A DNA stretch of 62,965 nt, counting the filler, from Octopus bimaculoides (Eukaryota), in NCBI RefSeq assembly GCF_001194135.2. It is 3 parts of 3 records of this genome, joined end to end, with 100 filler letters (N's around TTAATTAATTAA, not from the genome) between each part and the next. Parts side by side here need not be neighbours in the genome. Positions count along the whole stretch, not along the records: positions 1 to 29,911 come from NC_068984.1; 2 more parts are not named here. The stretch is one strand, 5' to 3'. This document shows positions 1 through 12,639 of this stretch, piece after piece. The notes beneath the pieces are model-generated. The model was not told the origin of the DNA. It worked only from the letters and a program-made list of their open reading frames with translations, and searched no databases. Position numbers and translations under genes: made by a program. The number at the start of each line of letters is the position of its first letter. The first letter of the stretch is position 1.

Positions 1-679
1 TATATATATATATATATATTATTTTGTTTAAAAGAGTTCCAACACTGTCTGTTTTTTATGTTTTATTTATATTCCTGCAGAACTAATGTGGGGTTTAGAA
101 TATGGAATATACAATATATAATATGATATACAATATAAAATATAAAATAAAATAAAATAAAAATGGATGGCACCATGAAAGAAAGTATTGAATGTAGATG
201 AAATATTGAGTGTTCAATATAAAGGATCAAATATATAAATATATAAATATAAATATATAAAGGCGACTCGAGTTTCAGGGCTATTTCCCTTCGTCATGGC
301 TGGTATGACAGACTTTAACAGATATATTATATGGATATTAATATCTATATATCTATATCTATATGCATGGATGTATATAAGCACGTATGCGTATGTATAC
401 AACGAGCTCGTGCATAGTTTCCAGTCACGAATTGTAACACAGGCTGTATTGGTCAAAATGAAGATAGGTAAAAGCTACATCCATAAGGTACTCTGCTGTA
501 TGATCGTTGCGGAGCCTTGTGAATGCAAAGTGAATTTCTCAAGCATACAGAGATACCGGCGCCACGACTTTTAGAGTTTTCTGTTATCGACGTCAATACG
601 AAACTCTTTAACAAACTTCATAGACATATACTCTGTATTATTTAGTCCCCAGTACGAATACTGAAGCCTGCTATGTAAG

Positions 680-1095
680 CAAACAGCTTTCTTATTTCTT
701 TACTGCCCACCAGAGGGCTACACACAGAGGGGACAAACAAGGACAGACAAGGGTTGTGTGTGTCAAACAAGGACACACAGAGGGGACAAACAAGGACAGG
801 CAAACGGATTAAGTCGACCTCGGCGGAATTTGAACTCAGAACGTATCGGCAGACGAAATACCTTTTTCTTTACTGCCCACAAGGGGCTACACACAGAGGG
901 GACAGACAAGGACAGACAAACGGATTAAGTCGATTGTATCGACCCCAATGCGTAACTGGTACTTATTTAATCGACCCCGAAAGGATGAAAGGCAAAGTCG
1001 ACCTCGGCGGAATTTGAACTCAGAACGTATCGGCAGACGAAATACCGCTAAGCACTTCACTCAGCGTGCTAACGTTTCTGCCAGCTCGCCACCTT
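680..1095 (-). mobile_element. tRNA-derived SINE (family M) with an internal tandem partial duplication
   Basis: Minus strand reads ggcgagctggcagaaacgttagc (A box), gttcaaattccgccgaggtcgac (B box), then core tttcatcctttcggggtcgattaaataagtacc. The block ctttactgcccac..ggcaaacggattaagtcga occurs twice. Confidence 0.8.
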
Positions 1096-1335
1096 CTAAC
1101 AGCTTTCAGTTAGACTTAAGCTCTTCAGACTGAGAAACTTTATCTTCTTTTGTATGTAATTTATAACTCATTATCATTGAGCTGAACAATAGTTAATGTG
1201 TGAACGACATTTTCTCTCTACTGACACCTCTAACCTAACTTCAAAATCTGAAACCATTATTTAAACCCCAGTAGAACTGACCTATGATAAAATGTAAAAC
1301 ATGCGTTGACCATCCAGTCTTTTCTTAAAATACTA

Positions 1336-1461
1336 CAGGGTGTCCACAAAGTCTGGGTACATGGGATTAACACATACTTTAAGAAATTATTATTCCTTAT
1401 ATTTAATTGTTTATATTATGATTTTATTTACTCCATGTAACCAGACTTTGTGGACACCCTG
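1336..1461. mobile_element. Tc1/mariner-type MITE, 126 bp
   Basis: Perfect 21-bp TIR cagggtgtccacaaagtctgg / ccagactttgtggacaccctg (about 29 bp with one mismatch), flanked by TA on both sides. Confidence 0.9.
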
Positions 1462-2113
1462 TAGATGTGATTTGATGAAATTTGGTTGCTATTTCTACTA
1501 TGTTCAGCAATAAACTTAAGAGACTTCTCATTGGAAACTTATTACAATTTATATTTAGAAATGGATAGGGTCAACTGAAAAACAACACTCCTTAACAACG
1601 GCCACCCCCTCAAATGGTGAAGTATTACTTGCACTGTGCTAGAAAAAATGCCATTATTCATTGTCTCGCACCGTTCAACTGAAAGCAGAATAGATAAGAA
1701 TATCTTGAATTGGTTGTGAAGCAAGTGAACTGGAAATGTACGTGCTGTTTAGAAGTTTAAACAGCAGAGATGTTATCCTAAATATAGAGAATACATTTTA
1801 TTGTTTTTTTTAATATTTTTATATTGGTCCGTCTACAAAGTGTGTGTCTCCTATCATATTGGTCGGTAAACAAATCGCTTAGATATCCTCTTCATGTAAA
1901 GTAATTTAAGCCACGTTAGGTGGTGATGAACTTTATGTTCACCACCCGCCAAGGGGCGGGTAAATTTAATCCGTTGCGCCGTTAACACCAGAATCTGCTT
2001 CATAGGTGCATTCATTGAAAGGAGAGTTTATTCTGCTGCTAGCAATCAGGCCAGGTCTACGGTTTGAGTGTAAATCCTTTCGTTCTGTTCTTGTAGGTCT
2101 TGAATAAAGGTAC

Positions 2114-2607
2114 AAGGATGCTTGCCTTGCTTAAGGATGGTTGCCTTGCTTAAGGATGGTTGCCTTGCTTAAGGATGGTTGCCTTGCTTAAGGATGCTTG
2201 CCTTGCTTAAGGATGGTTGCCTTGCTTAAGGATGCTTGCCTTACTTAAGGATGGTTGCCTTGCTTAAGGATGCTTGCTTTGCTTAAGGATGGTTGCCTTA
2301 CTTAAGGATGGTTGCCTTGCTTAAGGATGGTTGCCTTACTTAAGGATGCTTACCTTGCTTAAGGATGGTAGCTTTGCTTAAGGATGGTTGCCTTACTTAA
2401 GGATGCTTGCCTTGCTTAAGGATGGTTGCTTTGCTTAAGGATGCTTGCCTTGCTTAAGGATGGTTGCCTTACTTAAGGAAGGTTGCCTTGCTTAAGGATG
2501 GTTGCCTTGCTTAAGGATGGTTGCCTTGCTTAAGGATGGTTGCCTTGCTTAAGGATGGTTGCCTTGCTTAAGGATGGTTGCCTTGTTTAAGGATGCTTGC
2601 CTTGCTT
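2114..2607. repeat. 19-bp minisatellite (aaggatggttgccttgctt)n, about 26 copies
   Basis: Head-to-tail units with recurrent variants (gatggtt/gatgctt; ccttgc/ccttac/ctttgc) and no spacers. Confidence 0.95.
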
Positions 2608-2807
2608 CTTTAAACCATAAAGTGAAACAATAGATATTGTAAACATCGAAGGAATTGAAGTTAGTTCTGTACACTAAAGAAAAATCGCCTTAAACTTATA
2701 GAGGTACATCACTGAGAGTTGCAAGTTGTTCCCTCGTGTTAGTATGCCACAAGTATACTAACATGAAGGGACAGTCATGTCATCACGAAAATCGAAAAAG
2801 AATTCTT

Positions 2808-3042
2808 ACTCTTTTACTTGTTTCAGTCATTTGACTGCGGCCATGCTGGAGCACTGCCTTTAGTCGAGCACATCGATCCCAGGACTTTTTCTTTGTAAGC
2901 CTAGTACTTATTCTATCGGTCTCTTTTGCCGAACCGCTAAGTTACGGGGACGTAAACACACTAGCATCGGTTGTCAAGCGATGTTGGGGGGACAAACACG
3001 GGACCAACACGGACACACATACATACATACATACATACATAA

Positions 3043-3075
<33 letters not shown>

Positions 3076-3400
3076 CANNNNNNNNNNNNNNNNNNNNNNN
3101 NNNNNNNNNNNNNNNNNNNNNNNNNNNNNNNNNNNNNNNNNNNNNNNNNNNNNNNNNNNNNNNNNNNNNNNNNNNNNNNNNNNNNNNNNNNNNNNNNNNN
3201 NNNNNNNNNNNNNNNNNNNNNNNNNNNNNNNNNNNNNNNNNNNNNNNNNNNNNNNNNNNNNNNNNNNNNNNNNNNNNNNNNNNNNNNNNNNNNNNNNNNN
3301 NNNNNNNNNNNNNNNNNNNNNNNNNNNNNNNNNNNNNNNNNNNNNNNNNNNNNNNNNNGGTTGTTAATCAAGCTACCTACCACATAGCCACTCCTGCGCC
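2808..3400 (-). mobile_element. tRNA-derived SINE (family C) interrupted by a (CA)n tract and a gap
   Basis: Head cgcaggagtggctatgtggtag near 3400; tail acaaccgatgctagtgtgtttacgtccccgtaacttagcggttcggcaaaagagaccg...ctccagcatggccgcagtcaaatgactgaaacaag. The same tail recurs at about 29195, 31990, 32855, 34718, 50830, 52755 and 58850. Confidence 0.8.
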
Positions 3401-3771
3401 TTCTTGTTGAGAAAAATATTACATCATCTGCAGAAAAAAGGGGCAGCCTAGAAACGCAGGATTTCTCTTTCCCCACAGCACACAAAATATAAACTCAGCT
3501 TATTCTCTGTATAAATTTTGCCGATGCAGATCTCCAGTGGTGTTCTCATTTTTTACTATTTAAAAGTTAAGTATGGGGACACGATGCAAGTACAGATGTG
3601 GCAGTGTAGTTAAGAAATTCCCTTTGCAACCTAGAAATTATGGGCTCGATTTCACTACGCAGTACCTTAGGAAAGTGCTCATTAACATAACATCGGCTTG
3701 ATTGATGCCTAGTAGGTTTGAGTTACAAAATCTTTACTTGAAGTTTGTTTATGTATGTATGCACATGGTTG

Positions 3772-4095
3772 GCACTCCGTCGGTTACGACGACGAGGGTT
3801 CCAGTTGATCCGATCAACGGAACAGCCTGCTCGTGAAATTAACGTACAAGTGGCTGAGCATTCCGCAGACACGTGTACCCATAACGTAGTTCTCGGGGAG
3901 ATTCAGCGTGACACAGGGTGTGACAAGGCTGGCCCGTTTGAAATACAGGTACAACAGAAACAGGAAGAAAGGGTGAGCCTCGTGGGGCTTTAGGTGTTTT
4001 CGCTCAATAAACACTCACAACGCCCGGTCTGGGAATCGAAACCACGATCCTCCGACCGCGAGTCCGCTGCCCTAACCACTGGACCATTGCGCCTC
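3772..4095 (-). mobile_element. tRNA-derived SINE, head A + tail 1
   Basis: Head ggaggcgcaatggtccagtggttagggcagcggactc...gtttcgattcc (A and B boxes); tail tgtacctgtatttc...gaaccctcgtcgtcgtaaccgacggagtgcc, shared with the copy at about 25221. Confidence 0.8.
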
Positions 4096-4821
4096 CACAT
4101 GTATATACATATATACATACCGATAACACCAATAAATTCAATAAAAAGCCCAATACGTTCTTACAGAAATACCACGTGGTATCAATCTATCGGAGGTAGA
4201 CTGCTGTTCCGTTGCTATTCCTGCTATCTTTAAGGCAGTAAGCCAGTTAAAAACATACAAACAACGACGCTATTGTTCACAAAGAATGCATGATATATAT
4301 ATAAACCCATTACTTCGCCAAGTCGGCCATGGATAACTAACTGTCTGTCAATAAGATTTACACGTAAATAGCTGAATAGTTTTTAATGAAAGGTAGTTGT
4401 TAGATATTGAGTTTATAATCAGCCTAATCTGTTCTTGGTCTCTAGTGAAAGGTTTACAATTGTGTAATGATAAAATATAGAGACTTCATCGTCGTAACTG
4501 GCCCATTGATCGTGGCAAATTTTCTGAGTGTAATGAACCGTGTCCATCATCACACAACAGATTATTTTGTTTATTTACCTTTGAAACTTCAAACAAATAT
4601 TACACTCAATTCTACAGTTGAGTAATATTGATTTTGTTTAGTCTATTGATAAATAATATCGATTCTTTCGCATGCACAAGTCTGGAAATTTATAACGCGA
4701 GGATGAGAGGAGATGGATGAAAAATGTCTATCGTCTGTATTTGAAACTGAATTGCATCATTTGGTTAGTTTCTTTTTCCACCTCTTTTTAAAGCACGTAT
4801 CCAGTCAATAACATGAGAGAC

Positions 4822-5481
4822 TAGGGGTTCTCAAACATCTTTTTACCTATGAGCCTCTGTTCTAGTGGACCCCAAAGGCATTCAGAGTTTAAAAGCTTGT
4901 TTCATAGATATTTCTTTCAAAATTCCTATTTTGTTTTTCGCTCATTAACTTGTGTAGGTTGAACTCTGTGAAACATTAGAGAAAGAAACTTAGCTATTTC
5001 ATGCAATAAATACATATAAAGTAAAATTTCTTCACCGACCCTGAAAATACTAATGTTTTTTTAAAATTATTTATGCGCCCTTTTAAAGCCTAGCCAGGCC
5101 CATGGGCCCGGTTTCCTGGTTTCTATGGCGTATGTGTTCCCCCCGGCTGGACGAGATGCCAGTCCATCTCAGCCTTACTAAAGAAATAGGACGAAAGAGT
5201 GAGAGAAAGTTGGGCGAAAGAGTACAACAGGGGTCGCCACCGCCCCCTGCCGGAGCCACGTAGAGCTTTAGGTGTTTTCACTCAATAAACACACACAACG
5301 CCCGGTCTGGGAATCGAAACCGCGATCCTCCGACCGCGCGAGTCCGCTTCCCTAACCACTGGGCCATTGCACTTTCACAAAATACTCATGTGGAACCCCA
5401 ATTTACTATTTTGCGTGTGTGGACTCTTAAAAGTCTTATACAGACCCCTAGAGGTCATATAGATCCCGGTTGAGAACCACG
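4822..5481. mobile_element. hAT-like MITE remnant with a nested SINE (5078-5372, minus; head A + tail 2)
   Basis: Ends taggggttctcaa ... ttgagaaccacg resemble the MITE termini at 11707, 24431 and 42459; no TSD preserved. The nested SINE head is nearly identical to that of 3772-4095. Confidence 0.6.
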
Positions 5482-5679
5482 ACACAGTCGTTTGTTTCCT
5501 TCATTGTGGTAGAGATATCCATTTATAGATGACCACCCCTATTGACGATGCGGCGGTTACAAATATTTATACGGTATCTAAGGAACATTAGATTAGATGT
5601 GCGGTAGACCGAGTGTCTTATTGTTCGATCAAGCGGAACAGCCTATTCATGCACGGTGGTTGAGTATTCCTCAGACATG

Positions 5680-5920
5680 TAAAGTTACCTTCTCGAGTCA
5701 TACCGACTCATATGGGCCGGTTTTCCGGTTTCATGGCATCTAAATTTGGGACGCCGGTCCAACGCAGGATTACTAGTTTTTTTTTTACCAGTTTAGTAAA
5801 CTGGAGGAACCTGAAATGAAGCGTTTTGCTCAAGAACACATCGAGTCGCCCAGTCCAGGAATTGAAACCACAATCTTACGACCATGAGTCCAACACCCCT
5901 AACCACTAAACCATGCGCCT
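5680..5920 (-). mobile_element. tRNA-derived SINE, head B (CORE-like) + tail 2, nested in an older tail-1 SINE
   Basis: Head ggaggcgcatggtttagtggttagg...tttcaattcctggac, then ttcttgagcaaaacgcttcatttc, then tail gccatgaaaccggaaaaccggccc. Both flanks (about 5610-5680 and 5922-6010) match tail 1. Confidence 0.65.
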
Positions 5921-6149
5921 CCGCTTAGACACGTGTACCCTTAACGGAGTTGTAAAGAAAATTTTGCGTGGCACAAATGTGACAAAGCTATGTCATCAAA
6001 TTACAGGTAAAAATCTACCTGTCGGGAGTTTATACAGGTTTCTTCAATCCAAATTCATTCACAATGATTGGATCTACTTAAGATCAAGGTACATGTATTT
6101 GCACAAGACTCTGCATGTGGGATCAGACCCAGGACCACCTGAGAGTGAC

Positions 6150-7200
6150 ATTCGATGAGTATATGAAAGAACTAGCAATTAGAATCAAACCCTCGTAACT
6201 GACTTCCCCCCTCAACCGAAATTTTTGGCTTTGTGTCAAAATTTGAAACCGATAATTTATTTAATTTAAGAAATTTCTAATTAATTTATTCATAACAGTG
6301 GTTTTATATAATTTTCAAATATTCAAATCTGTAACAAAAAAAAACAAAAAAACGAAATACACAAATAGTCGTTTGTAATTTAGACCCGATGTCGGTAATT
6401 TTGAGGGGAGGGGATTCGACGATTCCACAGAGTACAGTATATGGCTGCTACTGTATTGTATCGACCGCGAAAAGATGAAAGCAAAGTTGATCTTCAAGGA
6501 AACTGAACTCGGGACTTGAAGAGTCAAAGAAATATCGACAAGCATTTTGTCGGCATTCTAACGTATCTGCTAGCGAATCATCTTGGTAAACAAACACTTA
6601 ATTTCAAGGCGGCGAGCTGGCAGAATCGTTAGCGCGCCCGGCAAAATACTTATCGGTATTTCGTCTGTCTTTATGTTCAGAGTTCAAATTCTGCCGAAGT
6701 CGACTTTGCCTTTTATCCTTTCCGGAGTCGATAAATAAAGTACCAGATGCGTACTGGCGTCGATCCTAAGCCACCGCCTCCTGCCCCAAAATTTCGGGTC
6801 TTGTACCTACAGTGGAAAAGATAGATTTCTCTAAGTTTAGCACAAAGACAGAATTTTTTTTTTTGTAGGGTGTTGTCGGTTGTATTGAATACATTAGTCT
6901 CAACAGGTATTTTATTATGACAAACCCAAAAGGATGAAATCCAAAACGGGTCTCGGTAGGATTTGAACACAGAACATAAAGAACCACAAATACTGCAAAT
7001 TCTTTTAACAAAGGAAAATAATCATCTCTACTATAGGGACAAGGCCCAAGATTCAAGAGTTAGTCGATTACAAGAAGCTAAGTACTTATTCCATCAACCC
7101 TGAAAGGATGAAATGCGAAGTCGAATTCGGCGGAATTTGAACTACATATGCAAAAACGTGCGAAATGCGCGCTAATGATTCTGCCAGCTCGCCACCTTCA
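6150..7200. mobile_element. Cluster of about 5 family-M SINE copies in both orientations
   Basis: Copies at about 6150-6250 (-), 6340-6580 (-), 6605-6830 (+, near complete), 6870-6990 (-) and 7040-7200 (-), recognised by the ctggcagaatcgttagc, gttcaaattc and tcatcct..gtcgataaa blocks. Confidence 0.75.
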
Positions 7201-7600
7201 ACAAAGGACATTAATGAAAAAGAAAATAAATCATTGCATGGATCGAATCCACATTCCTTTGGTTAACATCTGCTACATTAGCAACGTTAAATGAAGTCCT
7301 TCTATCTGTCTCTCTGTCTCTCTGTCTGTTTATCAGCTTACATGCATGTACGTCTGTGAGCGTGTATGAGAAGGAATCGGTGTGTAGCCACGTAGCCGTG
7401 TATATTAAATTGTATTTAAACGACACAGCAGCTTATTTGTTATTTTTGCAATTATTTTATGAGGATCAGCTCTGTCAAACATGGATATGACGCGGTAACG
7501 GAAGCGTGATCCCCGGATAAGAATAAGAAACAGAGTTATGATTTCTGAATTTGTATTCACAATATTTACGAGACCTGCTTCCTTTCCAATCAGTGAAGCC

Positions 7601-7802
7601 TCCTCTCTCTGTCTCTCCTCTCTCTGTCTCTCCTCTCTCTGTCTCTCCTCTCTCTGTCTCTCCTCTCTCTGTCTCTCCTCTCTCTGTCTCTCCTCTCTCT
7701 GTCTCTCCTCTCTCTGTCTCTCCTCTCTCTGTCTCTCCTCTCTCTGTCTCTCCTCTCTCTGTCTCTCCTCTCTCTGTCACTCCTCTCTCTGTCTCTCCTC
7801 TC
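7601..7802. repeat. 15-bp tandem repeat (tcctctctctgtctc)n, about 13.5 copies
   Basis: Near-perfect units with one gtcac variant; this explains the ETERG/SVSPL/LCLSS ORFs. Confidence 0.95.
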
Positions 7803-8115
7803 GCTTTCTCTCTTTATTTCTCTCTCTTTCTATTGCGTAGTGTATACCTTAGAGAGAAGCTTCCTCCGGAAGATGTGTTGTGATAATGCTTGCGAGAAAA
7901 TTACGACAGGAATCAACGAACCTTTTTATGGCGAATCTTATCAACATTCATTCTTCTCTAGGCTGTTGAACTTTGATTTTATGGTCAGCAATCTGTGTTC
8001 GCTTGGGAGATCAGTGTGAAATATATTGCTGACATCGATGGGTTTGAGTGTGTGTATGAGTAACTGTATGTATTATGTGTTTGTGTGTATGCGTTTGTGA
8101 GCGACATATACATAT

Positions 8116-8154
<39 letters not shown>

Positions 8155-8702
8155 NNNNNNNNNNNNNNNNNNNNNNNNNNNNNNNNNNNNNNNNNNNNNN
8201 NNNNNNNNNNNNNNNNNNNNNNNNNNNNNNNNNNNNNNNNNNNNNNNNNNNNNNNNNNNNNNNNNNNNNNNNNNNNNNNNNNNNNNNNNNNNNNNNNNNN
8301 NNNNNNNNNNNNNNNNNNNNNNNNNNNNNNNNNNNNNNNNNNNNNNNNNNNNNNNNNNNNNNNNNNNNNNNNNNNNNNNNNNNNNNNNNNNNNNNNNNNN
8401 NNNNNNNNNNNNNNNNNNNNNNNNNNNNNNNNNNNNNNNNNNNNNNNNNNNNNNNNNNNNNNNNNNNNNNNNNNNNNNNNNNNNNNNNNNNNNNNNNNNN
8501 NNNNNNNNNNNNNNNNNNNNNNNNNNNNNNNNNNNNNNNNNNNNNNNNNNNNNNNNNNNNNNNNNNNNNNNNNNNNNNNNNNNNNNNNNNNNNNNNNNNN
8601 NNNNNNNNNNNNNNNNNNNNNNNNNNNNNNNNNNNNNNNNNCATTTCAAACATGATTCAAGTGTATATAAAATGAACTTGCGTTTACTTGTGCGCCTATA
8701 TG

Positions 8703-8746
<44 letters not shown>

Positions 8747-9318
8747 CGTGTCTGTATGAGTGAATATACACACGTTTGTATAGCGAAATATGTGAATGAA
8801 TGTGTAATGTGCACAAACGAAGTTTATTTGAGGTACGTTTTCTCTACAAGTGGAGTTTACTTGTGGAGTGTTCGTTAACAACAGGAGTTTATTTGGCAAG
8901 ATTACGTGCACAAATAGAGGTTTATACTTATATGTAGAGGTTATGTCTACTAGGTCGATTTAATGTAGAGATATATGCACAATGGTGTTTAATTACAGGC
9001 GTGTGTCCCTGTACATTAATGGAAATCAGTGGCTTTATGAAGAAGAATGTCTATACGGAGAAGAAAATGTGTTTCCTTCTGTATGAATTCATAATTACGG
9101 AAGCACGCAGCTACATATCACCACATACACTCGTGTATATACCCATATATACACATATATACACATATATACACATATATACACATATATATACGAGGTG
9201 AGAAAGCTTGGGAATATACAATAAAGAATGCAACTCACAAATCACTCAAACAAAACTGCTAACAACGCTTTTACACGCTGCTGCACACATATAAATATGT
9301 ATGTATATATGTGTAGTG

Positions 9319-9378
<60 letters not shown>

Positions 9379-10699
9379 NNNNNNNNNNNNNNNNNNNNNN
9401 NNNNNNNNNNNNNNNNNNNNNNNNNNNNNNNNNNNNNNNNNNNNNNNNNNNNNNNNNNNNNNNNNNNNNNNNNNNNNNNNNNNNNNNNNNNNNNNNNNNN
9501 NNNNNNNNNNNNNNNNNNNNNNNNNNNNNNNNNNNNNNNNNNNNNNNNNNNNNNNNNNNNNNNNNNNNNNNNNNNNNNNNNNNNNNNNNNNNNNNNNNNN
9601 NNNNNNNNNNNNNNNNNNNNNNNNNNNNNNNNNNNNNNNNNNNNNNNNNNNNNNNNNNNNNNNNNNNNNNNNNNNNNNNNNNNNNNNNNNNNNNNNNNNN
9701 NNNNNNNNNNNNNNNNNNNNNNNNNNNNNNNNNNNNNNNNNNNNNNNNNNNNNNNNNNNNNNNNNNNNNNNNNNNNNNNNNNNNNNNNNNNNNNNNNNNN
9801 NNNNNNNNNNNNNNNNNNNNNNNNNNNNNNNNNNNNNNNNNNNNNNNNNNNNNNNNNNNNNNNNNNNNNNNNNNNNNNNNNNNNNNNNNNNNNNNNNNNN
9901 NNNNNNNNNNNNNNNNNNNNNNNNNNNNNNNNNNNNNNNNNNNNNNNNNNNNNNNNNNNNNNNNNNNNNNNNNNNNNNNNNNNNNNNNNNNNNNNNNNNN
10001 NNNNNNNNNNNNNNNNNNNNNNNNNNNNNNNNNNNNNNNNNNNNNNNNNNNNNNNNNNNNNNNNNNNNNNNNNNNNNNNNNNNNNNNNNNNNNNNNNNNN
10101 NNNNNNNNNNNNNNNNNNNNNNNNNNNNNNNNNNNNNNNNNNNNNNNNNNNNNNNNNNNNNNNNNNNNNNNNNNNNNNNNNNNNNNNNNNNNNNNNNNNN
10201 NNNNNNNNNNNNNNNNNNNNNNNNNNNNNNNNNNNNNNNNNNNNNNNNNNNNNNNNNNNNNNNNNATACTTATATATATATATATATATATACATATATA
10301 TAAACACATATATACTTATATATATATATATACATATATATAAACACATATATACTTATATATATATATATACATATATATAAACACATATATACTTATA
10401 TATATATATTTACATGCATACCTTCATATATATATATATATATATTTCCATATACACACATGGATACACCTACTCACGCTGAAATGCATACAGCGAAGCG
10501 TGAACAAATAACACACTTCATGCACATGTGTGTACATATATTTCAATCCTTGTGCATGTGCGCGTGTAATCATGTATTTATGCGTTTCTTGCATACTAGC
10601 TTTCGGTCTCGGAATGTGCGTGTGTGTGTTCGCGCGCGTAAAAACACGCATACAATACACATGACACACACACACACACACACAATCATACACACAGAA

Positions 10700-10751
<52 letters not shown>

Positions 10752-11326
10752 CTGACATTTGTCTGCTTAGATATTTATGCATTGTATGCATGTGGTTATG
10801 TTTCCGTGCCCATGTATGCAAATGCACACACACCCACACATCTATAGATATATGTGTGTGCGTGCTTGTGTGCATGTGAGTGTATGTGTGTGAATGTGTG
10901 CTTGTATATATGCGTGTGTGCATCCATGTATATATGTATGTATGAATCTATGTATTCGCTTGTACATTAATCTGTCTGTATGTCTGTAACTGTTTATAAA
11001 CATACATCACTGTGTGTATGTCTATTCGATTGTATGTGGCTGTCTGTGTGTAAGCGTGCGATATATATGTCTACGGTTTTTTGAGTTATGGAAATTGTAT
11101 TCAGAATTTCCAGTGAACACTGAAATTTAATATCTTGTTCGAGATAAATATATATGAATACATTTTATTCGGTGATGTTGTGTCGGCATGGAGTAGGAGC
11201 TATTGTGAAAGAGAGGGAGAATGAAAGAGTAAGGAAGCGCATGGGAGAGTAAAAGGGGTGAGAGAACGAAAGACGAAACACCTGTAGTGGGAGGAGAAGA
11301 GGAAAGAAAGGGTGAGACAAAGATAG

Positions 11327-11416
<90 letters not shown>

Positions 11417-11706
11417 AGGGATGAGAAGGAGATGAATAGAGTGGGAAAGAGGAAAAGAGATATGTTTCAGTTCTAGAATACAATAGTGTGATATTCTGAC
11501 TAAAATTTCCGGTAAATCTAAATAGAACAAGCATGGTGAACCAACAAAGACGTCTCTATGTGCCTAAAATGATCTCCTGAAAATTACAGTCTCATCTCCC
11601 TCAAATCACACCTAAGAATAAAAAAAATGCATCGGGTAATGTTGTTGTCCTGGATTTCCCTGGGGAGGTCACGGATGGAATACATTCGATCATAGGTCTT
11701 CTAGAA

Positions 11707-11984
11707 CAGTGCTTCTCAAACTATCTGATGTGACGTACTGGTGATTTCGTTTTTCCAATGTGCCAGGGACCGGTAATATTTCTTAGTAATATTAATTTAT
11801 ACCGGAAACAATATATATAATGAATATAATAAAAGTTGACAATATTTTTATCGTATATTTATCTTGTAAACAAATGATACGATATTACATAAACATTTTA
11901 TAAGCATTTTATAACGTTTGTTTCTTTACTCATAACTGGGCGCGTACCGGCACCGGTCCGCGGGCCACCATTTGAGTAGTACTG
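11707..11984. mobile_element. hAT (Charlie-type) MITE
   Basis: Termini cagtgcttctcaaa ... tttgagtagtactg with a perfect 8-bp TSD ttctagaa (11699-11706 and 11985-11992), matching the NTCTAGAN target consensus of hAT-Charlie elements. Confidence 0.88.
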
Positions 11985-12639
11985 TTCTAGAAGACGGCTG
12001 ACCTAGGTTTAAATAACACCAAGAATGGGACAGAAAAACAATAATATATAATCATAAAGGTGAGGTGTCCTGCTCAGGTGAGCATTTCTTTGAAACGAAG
12101 GTAAAATAGAACATGTAAACAACTGCGACATCTACCTTTCTTGTGTCTAATTTATGAATTTACATTTGTATTTTCCGTTATTGTTACACTTGGCTATGCG
12201 ACTAAAGATGTGAGCGCGCACTTTACAAATACAATCTGTAAACGGTACAGTGAAATATACAAGTCTTTTGTAAAATGCAATGCATGAAAGTTTACTGATG
12301 CTTTTAGGGAGATTCTAGATATGGAAATTTCACTGTTTGCTAGATTCCAGCTCATTCTTTATAGAACCCCAAAATTTTTGTTAATCCAAAGAATTTTTAA
12401 AAGACAGATTGACATACAAGCCATTAATGAAAATATAAGCACAAGTAAAATATGTTAGATATTTAACATGTAGTCTATACATATAGTCACGTTGAGATAT
12501 ACAATATCTTTCTCTTATATACATATTCCATTCACTAATTAAACATTTGATATGTTATAAATACCAGCAAGATATCTTTCCAATTCATTATCTATCGTCT
12601 TGAATAAGGGAAACATATATTACATTACTAGAAAGCAAT

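Noticed and set aside
423-475. Possible micro-exon (tttccag|...gatag|gtaaaa)
   Set aside because: Splice-like ends, but no recognisable product or partner exons.
2114-2607. 19-bp array as a CRISPR array
   Set aside because: Units are contiguous with no unique spacers, there are no cas genes, and the context is eukaryotic.
3772-5920. tRNA genes at SINE heads
   Set aside because: A and B boxes are present, but there is no complete cloverleaf and they run into multi-copy SINE bodies.
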